Below, piece by piece: positions 38,328 through 64,000 of a stretch of DNA of 64,000 bases. The position numbers and the translations under genes are program-made. Within the stretch, counting starts at the first letter, position 1; each line of letters opens with the position of its first letter. The stretch comes from Octopus bimaculoides. Taxonomy: Eukaryota. The notes below the pieces were generated by a model that saw nothing but the letters and a program-made list of their open reading frames with translations, was not told where the DNA came from and ran no database searches. Location of the stretch: the NCBI RefSeq assembly GCF_001194135.2, contig NC_068990.1, forward strand, positions 84,496,738-84,560,737. The letters are read 5' to 3'.

Positions 38328-40252
38328 TGTATATAACATACACTACTGTTGGTATGTTTCATAACAATGATAATGTTGCTTGCCTACTGTCTTTCGTTCT
38401 CTCATGCACACACATATGCTCATGCACATGCACACATACACTTACATTCTGACATACAATACTGAAGGGGTAAGACTTAATGAAGAAATAGGCAGAGTAA
38501 ATTTTTAAAAAGCAGTTTTTAGTCATGAATATAGCTAAGTTGTACTGAAAATGTGTGTGTGAATTGGTTCCTTTTTCTGACTAACACTCGTGCATATAAC
38601 AGTTAATATCATATACATAAATGTATGTATATATAAATCTGTGTGTATGTGTGAATATTACATATGTATGCATATATGTATGCATGCATGCATGTATGTA
38701 TGTATACATATGTGAAATTCCATTTATGCCTAAAATAGCTACTTATAAAGGTTAATATCATATACATAACTGTATGTATACATAAATGTGTGTGTGTAAG
38801 AGAGAGAGAGAGAGCAAGTAGGAGAAGCAGAAGGCAGTCGAGGAATAATAATCACAAATAATTGATGGTGAAAAACATTAGTAGGTAGCAGTGGTTTACT
38901 ATGATATTTAGAGGTCAAGGTAGACAATGAGATTTCTAACTACCACCACCACCACCACCAGGACAGCTATTAGCTTTCAGCACGAAACTACCATAATCAC
39001 CATCACTATTATCATGGTGTGTGGAGGTATGTATTCAAGTGGTTAGGGTGTTGGACTTATAATCATAAGGTCATAGTTTCAATTCCCAGGCTGGGAAGTA
39101 ACTTGTTGCTCCTGTCCACTCAGCTGAGAATGAGTACCAGCAACAGCTGGGGAGTAAAAGGATTGATGTCCTTTTCAAAGGGCCAGTATTGTATTCTTAG
39201 TTGCTTACATACCAGAATAAGCTGTGGCCCCTTGAACCTGTAGACTCGTGACAGACATGAGACTACAAGTATCCATAACCACAACAGTTACTTCAACATT
39301 GGCAATGAGTGTCCCTATAATATCACAACTAGCACCACAATTAAGATCATTATTAGAACAATAACAATCATCATCACATCACTAACCACAATAAACTCTT
39401 GGCAGAATGTCAAACCAAATCAGGAGCTAATGAGGGAACCACCCCTACATAGTTGCTTGACCTGATAATATTAACAGCCAAGTCTCCCTCAAATCACATC
39501 CTACCATCTTAAAAAGACAGGATGATCACTGGGGCTGACATAGAGTTAAACAACAATAATTATAGTCATCATTATAGCCTCAACAATAATCACAACAAAA
39601 ACTGCAGAGCTATTGAATTATAACATGAATTATGAGTGTTATTACTAAAACTTGAATTGTTATGACTTAAGATTTCATGTTATGATGTGAGAATTATTAA
39701 GAAGGTATTCACTTGTGATGATGAGGTCTGATAGTACTATCCCTCTACCCACACAAATTATGATATCTATGCTGTAAGATTACCAAGTTATAACTAATGA
39801 ACTTGCTTGCTAACACCTTAATCTATGATGTTTGAATAACAGTTATGATGTCTTAAGTTGTTATTGCTAATGATGTCTGAATTACTGTGACTAAGTTATG
39901 ATGTCTGCCTGCTTGGCCAGTTATTTCCAATGACATCATTAAGTTTATAACAAATGGACTGTGATTATCATGTTATTTATTAAGTTATAATGAATATAGA
40001 CTCATAAAATATGTGTGTAATTATAAAAATGATTATAGCTCCTTGCCTTACCAGTGCTACAACAGTTGTAAAACAGATGGAATTGGTGTCAGCACCAGGA
40101 AAAGTGCCATGACTAGAAACTACTTTTAACAATTAAATCTGTCTGATAGCCTTGAGGATAGTCTTGCATGTGTGTGTGTAAGAGAGAAAAATGAACATAC
40201 ACATACATACAAATAAATAAATACAGTGTTATACAATAAACACACATACAGA

Positions 40253-40290
<38 letters not shown>

Positions 40291-42052
40291 TAAATTCAGG
40301 GACATACAAACATAGAAACACAATGTTTTAATGTCAAGATTAACAAGCCATATAATTATTAGCAATAAATAAAAACACTAAACTTTTAAATAAATGCCAT
40401 TTCTAATGTTTAGCTTTAGGTGTCTTGCTTGTTAGTTTTGTTTGTTTCTCGTTTTATATGGTTTTAAAAATAAGTGTAAAATTCTGTTAATTAAGCATTG
40501 ATTACACACACACATACACATTTACATGTATATTCATACATATTAGCATATACATCTACACACATACACAGGCACAGAAACATGTGCATATACATGCACA
40601 AACATTTACATATACACACACACACACACACACACATGTAATAAATATATACACACATACTGAACACTACACATGATGATGTAAAAGGGTAAGCATTCAC
40701 TGTAATGAGTTTCTATGGCAAGGAAATGAAGGTGGAGCCAAGCACACAATACGAAGAATTAAGATTTAACATTGTTGAATCTCCACCCACTAACTTATGA
40801 AAGTTTAGAACATTCAGGGAAATGATGATGATGATGACGGTGAAATGATGCTGAAATGATGATGATTTCCGACATAAAAGAACAGTGCCATGAATTTTGT
40901 CAGAGTGGGGATGTCAAATAAATTGACTTTCAGATACTTCTTTATCAACTTCTGTAAAAATGAAAGGCAAAACCGACCCAGGTGGAATTTGAACTCAGAA
41001 CATAAAAGGATGTAACTAAATACAAGGCATAAATTTAGACTACTGCTCTAACAAACGTGCCGATCCACTAACCCTGGCAGTGCTAAAAATAATACTTTTG
41101 TTTTTCTTTTTTGTAAGGGTGACACATAGACAACTGGGAAAAGTAAATGAAGAATGATCAAACAAAATGGAGATTTTGTTTGCTTTTTTTTATAGATCAG
41201 GATTGATTTTTAAAAAAATACTGCATCAAATATTTTCCAGTAATGTGTTATTAAAAAAACCCCCATAAAAACACAAAAAAAAAGAAAAGAAAGAACCTTA
41301 GCCTTTTGCTACTCTTAACTGTTCGTTATAATTCTTTCATTACTATGATTGATAAATTGATCATCGTAATTAATCCCTTCACAGCTATTATTAATCCATT
41401 AGCACAAGGCCATAAAAACAAATGTCAAAAAAATTTTTTTACAGCAAAATCCAAGACTTAATTTTTATTTTTAAACACATGTGTTTGTGTATGAATAATA
41501 ATAATAAAAAAAAAGAAAAAAAACTGTTAAAATCAACCCTTTACATGTAGAATGATGCAGGTTGAGCAATTAGGATTACTAGAAACAACAAACATACTCC
41601 CAGCAGATATAAACTCATGAACTACCAGTTATTTTGTGTTCAACAATAAGCAATTGTGCCATACCTTACTTGTTGGTTAAAATCTTTAAACAAAAGAAAA
41701 TTAGATTAAAAGTAAGCAGTGGCATTCATCCAGTATTTCAACACTTTTGTGTCTTCATATTTAAATTAAAATCTTAGTCTAAATTCCATTAACGTTACCA
41801 TAGTAATATAGGAGTTTTAGTAGGTTAAACATTTGCCTCTTGTTTGTGTTCCAAATAACCAATAAATAAAGTTACATGTAGTTTTTTGTATGCCCTTTAA
41901 AATTCTTCATTACTTTGAAAAGTCACTGAAAAAACTAAAGTATTTGCTCAGCATCTTGGGCAGGTTTTTTTATTACTGTAGCCTTGGATTGACATATCTC
42001 ACAATTGGAATTTGGTGGCTGAACACTATGCAGAAACAAGAAGTGACAGAGG

Positions 42053-42084
<32 letters not shown>

Positions 42085-42239
42085 AAGAACAAGAGAGAGA
42101 GAAATTACAACCATCCTATATTGGAGAAATAAAAGAACAACATAAGTTTTTATGTATTGCTGCTCTTTTATCTAACACAGTACAGCTACTACAGACATGT
42201 TAGACTGCAGCCAAAGAATGGCCATTAATTGATTGTCAT

Positions 42240-42760
42240 GAAGTCACAAACCAATGCACTCCAACCTCTGACCCACAGATATCTTCTCCCTCCGACTTTT
42301 CTATCCCTATAATTACAATAGCATCTGCTTTCTCGGCAGTCTCAATTCACTTCCACTCAGGTACTTTTAATTTAATCATCTCTCCTCTTTTCATTCTCCA
42401 TATTGTGTCCACTTCCTCGTGTCCCTACATTAATCATTATGTCTAGTCCTTCCTCACCAGAATGTTGGTCCTCAGAAATTCCCTCCCTGCACATTTTTCC
42501 AGCAGCCATTAACTTGCAAACTTGCAACAGTTCAAGCAAAATGTTAGCAACATCAATCTCACTGGTCTCAAATGGCCCCTGAAGGCTATGAGTACAGCTC
42601 CTTCTTCCAAAAGGTAGAGGGAGAGAGAGTACGATCCATGAGGGATCATATAACAGCCTGCCTGGACTCCCAATCTCTTTGTGCAATAATCTACAAAGGT
42701 TATATCATACCATTTTGCGTCATCACTGGCCATCCAAAGACTATTAACACAATGAAATAA
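42240..42760 (-). mobile_element. CR1/L2-like LINE 3' remnant
   Basis: Minus-strand fragments RLGVQAGCYMIPHGSYSL..LLEEG and TRGSGHNMENEKRR resemble the CR1 ORF2 C-terminus; heavily decayed. Confidence 0.5.
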
Positions 42761-44572
42761 AAATAACCAAAATAAATTATTTTTAGGACACACAAGTGGC
42801 ACACTTTGTTGCAGCAGCATACTCCAACACAATACAGCAATCACACAATACTTGCTATTACAAAGAGCCAGACATCTATAGTCCTGCTCCAAACCACTGC
42901 CACCACTACTAACATTATCATCACACCATCCTAAAGAACACTGTCCTTTTGATATTAGAGATTATAAGTACCAATTCAAAACAGGAAAAAAAAACAATAG
43001 GACAGCTGATGATCTGATTCATTTTCATATTCATGGATCTAACTATAAGTTGAATAGAAAAGAATATCTCTGAAGTAGATGAGATACTGTTGAAATAAAA
43101 GAATGGAGTCTCTGTTGATTTTGATGATGAGCATTCTGCTGTTCAACCAGTTGAACTTCCAATTCATTAAATTAATCTCTAAGTGGTTAAAATATTTCCC
43201 AAACACATGAACCCTTAACGTAATTATCATTTTGAATCAGTGTGACACAGTATGCCACAAAGCTGGACTTTTGATTTACAAGTGCAGTTTCCCTCTATAT
43301 AAATTCACTCAAAAGGTATGGGTTGACTTGAAGCTATGGTATAGAAACACTGGCTCAAGATGCCATACATTGGGTTTAAACCAGGACTCCAATGGGACCA
43401 CATTATTATAGAGAAAACATCTTAACCACTCTGCCATGCTTAAGTCTATAAGTAAATAAATTAGAACAGTATAAAACAACATTTATAGTATCTAATTCAG
43501 GAAGAGAGAATGACAGGTTGCCCTGTAATGTAATACAAGGTGGTCATGGAGCAAGTGACTGACATATGATCCATCCAGGTAGGCTTGCTGTTCTTTACTG
43601 GCTCAAATTAGTGCTTATCATGTTTGATAATCTTTTATGATATCTATTATCTAATGTTTGTGATACTGACGTCAATGAAATCTTCTATATAAATTCATTC
43701 AAAAGGTATGAGTTGACCTGAAGTTGTGGTATAAAAACACAGGCTCAAGATGCCATACATTGGGTTTAAACCAAGACTCCAGTGGGACCTCATTACTGTA
43801 GAGAAAACATCTTAACCACTCTGCCATGCATATGTCCATACATAACTAACCTTCCCCACCTCCTTTTTTGATTTCTATGTCAATTTTACATTAATCAACA
43901 AGAGGTCAAGCTGTGACTATCCTGTCCCTTTCCTGGCATAATCCATCCATTTCTTGGTATAGCGTGTAGACTGGACAGTAAAGTATGGTTTAGGAAAACT
44001 TTAGCTACTGATTCTAGCAGGCTAAGAGATCACACAGACATTTCCTCATATTAATGTTTGGAAGACAAGCCTCCTTGTTAGTTTGTACAACCAAGTAAGA
44101 CATTTTTATTGGCTTATTAGCCCCTAAATACAGGGCTACCTTGAACCCTAACAATGATAAATGTAAAGGATCATCAATTCCTACTGAGTTCAACTTCTTT
44201 GTCTCTACAATGGCCACTACAAGAACCTACTGATATAAAAACATACCAAGACTTCCAAACAGTACCCCAGTTGATAAACCACTGCATGCCAAGCAAAGTA
44301 GAGATGATATATCTAGGGAAGTGATGTGTGGATTACACCTCACTATACTGACAACTTATATGCCATAAGTTTCTTCAATCAGTTGAGTGTGATTTGATAT
44401 AAAATGAAAGTCTAGGATGTTAGGGTACCCCTTTGCACTGTTTATAGTTCTATAAAAAGGGAAAAAAAAACCACCAAAAAAACTGATGTAACACACATAC
44501 ACACATAATATGTAGGCTGTAACATTTCAAAATTTCAAACAATCTCTCTCTCTCTCTCTCTNNNNNNNNNNN

Positions 44573-44608
<36 letters not shown>

Positions 44609-45663
44609 ATGATACATGCACAATCACACACACACACGCACACACACCTGCTAGGGCACAAAATGCGCAAATATATACCAAAAATAGTTTGTTTCATAAC
44701 TTTCATATACATGCACATACTGAAACACAGCTGTGTACACACACACACAGATATAACAATCTGCAACATTACTGATTTTACATTAATATTTTTTGATTTT
44801 TATCAACAATAAAAAAAAAATGAAAATAAATAAAAAGTAAATAAATGAAATGAAAAATAAAGATTTTTGGCTAAATTGTGTTTTTGAGGGTGGCGGGCTT
44901 TAAATTGTTGAAACTTTCAGTTTCTTTTAAATCCCCTCTTTTGGCTATTCAAAAGCTCTGTATTTTTAGGAGAAGGAGAAATATGGTGATGCTCAAGCCC
45001 TTCCTGGCTGTCAGCAGGAACCAAAGCTTTTTAGGTCTGTTACATACATGAACCATTAGACATTCTGTGGTTTGGCACCAACTTGTCCATCACAGCAACA
45101 CAACCAAAATCTTGATCCCCACCTCTATTGTGTCATGCCATGAAAATGCTGTACCAAATAATTTTCCACCCAAATGGTTTTTTTTTTCTGTCCCCTAAAT
45201 TAGAACTCCCTGGGATTTTCTCTTTGCCCAACCCACATTTTCTCAGACAGGCCTTCCACCTGCAGCAATAAAAGCTGAACGAACATCAACCATGTCGTGG
45301 CAACCTCACCAGTGATGAGGAGGAAGAGTACGCATAGGTCATTTATGGACACTGTCCCTCCTCACTGAATTAAAATATTAAAAGAAAAACAAAAAATAAA
45401 AATAAAAAATGAAATAAATGAAATTACCAAAGAAGGAAAAATAAATATTTAAAAAAAGGAAAAAGAAATAAAATTGTAAAAAAAAAAAAAAATTCAAAGA
45501 GAGAATTTGAAAAATTTTGTCCGTAATCAATAGATCTGAACTGATTTTCAATTTTTAAACATAAGCTGGGAGGGCCGTGTTTGTTTCTGCTACTGTGTTG
45601 TGAGACAACAGTAATGAGATCAATGCTTAGTGTAAGTTAACCGTCAAACATGAAGAAGTTCCT

Positions 45664-59677
<14,014 letters not shown>

Positions 59678-60011
59678 CTAGACAGGGATAAATAGAAACA
59701 AATAATTGAATATATAAATAAAAGCAAGAAAGAACATATTTTGGCGAGATACTATTAAGAATCTCAAATGGAATAATTACATATTTCCTTAACTAAGGGC
59801 AGTTTGTTAATAATCAAGAAGACATTCAGTCGTCAAATCTCTAATTATATACAGCACACACACACACACGAACACACACACACGAACGCATACATACATA
59901 TATATACATTAAATATATATATATACAGACACATATATGTATACTATACATACATTTATGCACATGCTCTAATAATTCAGAATACCGAGTCTGTTTCCAT
60001 AAAGCAAATAA

Positions 60012-60015
60012 TAAC

Positions 60016-60068
<53 letters not shown>
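60012..60068. repeat. (AAT)n microsatellite
   Basis: Direct reading. Confidence 0.95.
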
Positions 60069-60336
60069 GATATAAAAAGGGGAACTTGACACGACGATCA
60101 GTCGGACGCTGACACTCGTTGATGCTGCATCGAAGAGGCCAGGGAATAGAAGAAAGAAGACATGCACCCAACATCAGAGCTGAAGACACCTCCGAAAGGA
60201 GGGGCCCCGCCACGTCAAAACGGTAGAGGAGTAGGGGCCGAAACCGGACGTGGTTCCTCCTGATGATGTCTTCAGCTAACTGGATCCTATAAAGGAGCTG
60301 TTGTGGTGGCAGACCACGAAACATGGTTGAAATTCC

Positions 60337-60556
60337 TTCCTTTTTTACTATAGGCACAAGGCCTGAAATTTTGGAGGATGGGACTAGTCGATTATATCAA
60401 CCCTAGTATTTTCACTGGTACTTAATTTATCGAACCCGAAAGGATGAGAGGCAAAGTTAACACCGGCGGGATTTGAACTCAGAACATAGTAATAGACAAA
60501 ATACCGCTAAGCATTTCACCCAGCATGCTAACAATTCTGCCAGCTTACCACCTTAA
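60337..60556 (-). mobile_element. Meta-like SINE whose tail is interrupted by the 60069-60335 insertion
   Basis: Reverse complement of the 2654-2867 family. Confidence 0.75.
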
Positions 60557-60589
60557 TGATAATAATAATAATAAAAAAATTCCCTAATG

Positions 60590-61127
60590 CAATACCAGGC
60601 ACTGGCTCTCATGGCTTCTGATTGGAAGTGTTATCATGTACATGTTTTGTTTTGGTGTAAAAGATGGGCTACAGCAAATCTTCTGCTCAAAACCACAGAT
60701 TTGCTTGTCAGTTGCTTGACCTTAACCAGTTGAGCATGTCCCTCAGTGGGTGACAATATGCGCATCTCTGATCACGAGCAGAAATAGTTGGGGAGCATCG
60801 CAGCCATACATTGAGAGGAATTCTTTGGAGTTTGAATAATTCACCTCAGGAAACTTGGGTGCTTTGTTCAACATCCTTAAACAACCCTTATTTGGGGATC
60901 TTTTGAGCGGGATGGGCTACTCAACCTGAGAAAATTCTAACTGGGCCTTACCCGCAAGATCATGTGCTGTTTATCTAGACATGAGATCACCATGTCGCGC
61001 ACATATGGTTGTGATGCATGTACCTGGTGTACCCTTATCAGACGGGTAGTCATGATGGGTATATTGGGCTTTGTATATTTATACTCCAGTGTCACTTTGA
61101 TGGCATGTGCTACTCTCTCACTCAATA

Positions 61128-61160
<33 letters not shown>
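60590..61160 (+). repeat. Unclassified ~550-bp interspersed-repeat-like segment ending in an (AAT)n tail
   Basis: Higher GC than its flanks, no credible ORF, simple-repeat tail typical of retroposed elements. Confidence 0.4.
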
Positions 61161-61163
<3 letters not shown>

Positions 61164-61656
61164 TTGAGGGTGGGAAAATATATCTAGTTGAAATGATACC
61201 AATATATTACTGGTACTTGGATTAATAACTCTTGATGAAAGACAGTGTAGGTTGATCTCACTGCAATGTGAACTCAGAACTGTAAAGGGCTGTGAAAATA
61301 CATTAACAGAGCATTGCAGTATCAAACCCATCTGCATTACCCTAGCCCATCCAAAAAGCACTGAACCAATGAGGAAGTCCCTTTGAAGTTGCAGAACCTA
61401 CCAAGAATAGCAACCAGATCTTTCTCAAATCACAGTTTACCATTAAAAAAAAACACATTAAATAATGTAATCCAAGATATTCTGACTATCCCATCAAATG
61501 ATTTTAGGTAGAGTGTATCCTGGACTATACTATACAATATGTTCTTCCTTTTCTAAAGATGGTGGGGCATCATTTTAGGAAGAATTTGATTTTATTTCTA
61601 AAAGATCAAGCAATAATCACCCTGTATAGCTATATATTATGACTGATTTTTGAGAC

Positions 61657-61687
<31 letters not shown>

Positions 61688-63060
61688 AAATTACTGCTAC
61701 TACTAATACTACCTGTCATGCAAGTGCTTGGTTTGTTTTTTAAGATCACAAATTTAACAGGAGTGTGAGTGTATATGTGTATGAGACAGAAAAATATTAC
61801 GTATGTGCATATCTATGAGAGAGGGGGAGGTAAATAGAGAGAGAGAGAGAGAGAGAATGGAATGGAGCAAGAGAGAGGGAAAGAGAAAATAGAGAGTTAG
61901 TAATAGGATATAAAAGGGAGAGAAGGTGTATCTGAAAAAGAGAGAGAGGGGGGTATATGATAGCAAAAAGAGAGCATATATAAAAGAGAGAAGGAGAGGA
62001 GTTGGGTGAGTGAGAGAGAGTGAGTGAGTGAGTGTAGGTATGTGTGTGAATACACAAGGAAGAAAGAGAAAGAAAGAGACTGTGTGGGAGGGAATGAGAG
62101 AGGGAGACAGTATGTCTGAAAGTGAGAAAGTAAAGAGGTATCTATTATAATCCATTCAGTCAATTGATCCATTCATAACATTGTTATATATAAAGTTTTT
62201 CACACTCAGCATTAAGCATTCTTATAGTTTTCCCTTTATCAAATAATTGTCACATTTACTGATCTGACAAGTGCTGCCAAACAAACATGACTTCTGCTTG
62301 GAGTGTTAACAAGAATTTTGTTCTCTCACTCTCTCTGTTTGTGTGTATACATGTGTGTGTGTATATGTTTGTGTGTATATATATATATATATATAAACAA
62401 ATAGTAAATGAGTATATGCATGTATACGTACAGGTATGTGCATACCGACATCCACCTGTATGTATAGGTGCATATCTGGGTACAGGACATTGCAAACAAA
62501 ACAGAGACGAGAAAACACACAAGCCACATATATATATANNNNNNNNNNNNNNNNNNNNNNNNNNNNNNNNNNNNNNNNNNNNNNNNNNNNNNNNNNNNNN
62601 NNNNNNNNNNNNNNNNNNNNNNNNNNNNNNNNNNNNNNNNNNNNNNNNNNNNNNNNNNNNNNNNNNNNNNNNNNNNNNNNNNNNNNNNNNNNNNNNNNNN
62701 NNNNNNNNNNNNNNNNNNNNNNNNNNNNNNNNNNNNNNNNNNNNNNNNNNNNNNNNNNNNNNNNNNNNNNNNNNNNNNNNNNNNNNNNNNNNNNNNNNNN
62801 NNNNNNNNNNNNNNNNNNNNNNNNNNNNNNNNNNNNNNNNNNNNNNNNNNNNNNNNNNNNNNNNNNNNNNNNNNNNNNNNNNNNNNNNNNNNNNNNNNNN
62901 NNNNNNNNNNNNNNNNNNNNNNNNNNNNNNNNNNNNNNNNNNNNNNNNNNNNNNNNNNNNNNNNNNNNNNNNNNNNNNNNNNNNNNNNNNNNNAGTTAAT
63001 GATCCCCTAAGGTAAGTTCTTATGCTATATTGGTAACGGTTGCTACATCCTCTGGAAAAT

Positions 63061-63103
<43 letters not shown>

Positions 63104-64000
63104 CATGCATATGTGTGTGTATCTACCTATCTATATGGGTGCTGGTGCCACATAAAAAGCACCCAGTACACTCTGAAGTGAGTGTTGGTGTTAGGAAGGG
63201 CATCCAGCCATAGAAACCAAGCCAAAAACAGACTATGGAACCTGGTGCAGCCTCTGCCTCCAGTCAAGCAGTCCAACCCATGCCAGCATGGAAAACGAAC
63301 ATTAAATGTTGATAACGATGATGATGATATATGTGTGCATATGTGTGTGTGTGTGCGTATATGCCATGTGAGTACAGCCTAAAGATTACATGAAGGCACC
63401 AGACATGTTATAAAATGCTGTCTGTTATCGTTTTCATTGGATGAAATTATTAGAAGCTCATAAAAATATATAATACATTCATTAGACAATAGTTATCTCT
63501 CACCAGACGGAGTACTTTTTTGTTTTATTGATCTTACCTTCACTGAACAGTATACTATAAAATATATATTCTTTCATTCTTTTACTTGTTTCAGTCGTTT
63601 GACTGCGGCCATGCTGGAGCACCACTTTAAAGGGTTTTAGTCAAAGAAATCAACTCCAGGACTTATTCTTTGTAAGTCTAGTACTTATCCTATCAGACTC
63701 TTTTGCCAAACCACTAAGTTACAGAGACATAAACATAGTCACACACAAACAAACAAATATACATACACACACACACACATATATAAATATATATAAATAA
63801 AAATATATATAAATATATATAAATAAAAATATATNNNNNNNNNNNNNNNNNNNNNNNNNNNNNNNATATATATATATATATATATATATAAACATATATA
63901 AACACACACACACAGACACACACACACACACACACAGACAGACACACATGTGCACACGCATTTGTACATACAAATATATATAAATATACAAGTTTTATGT

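Noticed and set aside
44010-44260. Possible LINE endonuclease remnant (VAIVETK...)
   Set aside because: Similarity too weak to call without a profile search.
45311-45368. C box GTGATGA and D box CTGA in a hairpin-forming stretch (snoRNA or SECIS candidate)
   Set aside because: No terminal stem, not intronic on that strand, and no SECIS apical AA geometry on the fringe strand.
59678-64000. Search for upstream fringe exons (TNC..H...LCCKM segment, signal anchor)
   Set aside because: Not found in readable sequence; they lie beyond 64000 or in the 62539-62993 gap.

Overview
AT-rich, gapped animal genomic DNA. The repeat content (tRNA-derived SINEs, RTE-LINE 3' ends with (GAT)n tails, dense CA/TA/AAT microsatellites) looks octopod/cephalopod; that assignment is inference. 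Two multi-exon genes lie tail to tail. On the + strand is an Ariadne-1/ARIH1 RBR E3 ligase with 12 visible coding exons (4106-30999); its first exon(s) lie upstream of the window and one short internal exon must lie in an N-gap. On the - strand is a fringe-family beta-1,3-N-acetylglucosaminyltransferase with 6 visible exons (59677-45664); its 5' exons were not found. Every visible junction is GT-AG and phase-consistent except the one spanning the gap. Introns and intergenic DNA hold a DD34D mariner, decayed RTE and CR1 LINEs, several SINE families, a Helentron-associated (HINE/DINE-like) element and hAT-like ends. Almost all other ORF-track entries are microsatellite or repeat artefacts. The most notable unexplained signals are hammerhead-ribozyme-like motifs in the fringe locus (two minimal motifs 289 nt apart, plus a structured GC-rich insertion) and a near-identical inverted repeat pair bracketing the ARIH1 autoinhibitory-domain exons. 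These are candidates needing computation or experiment; I cannot establish a new system from sequence alone.
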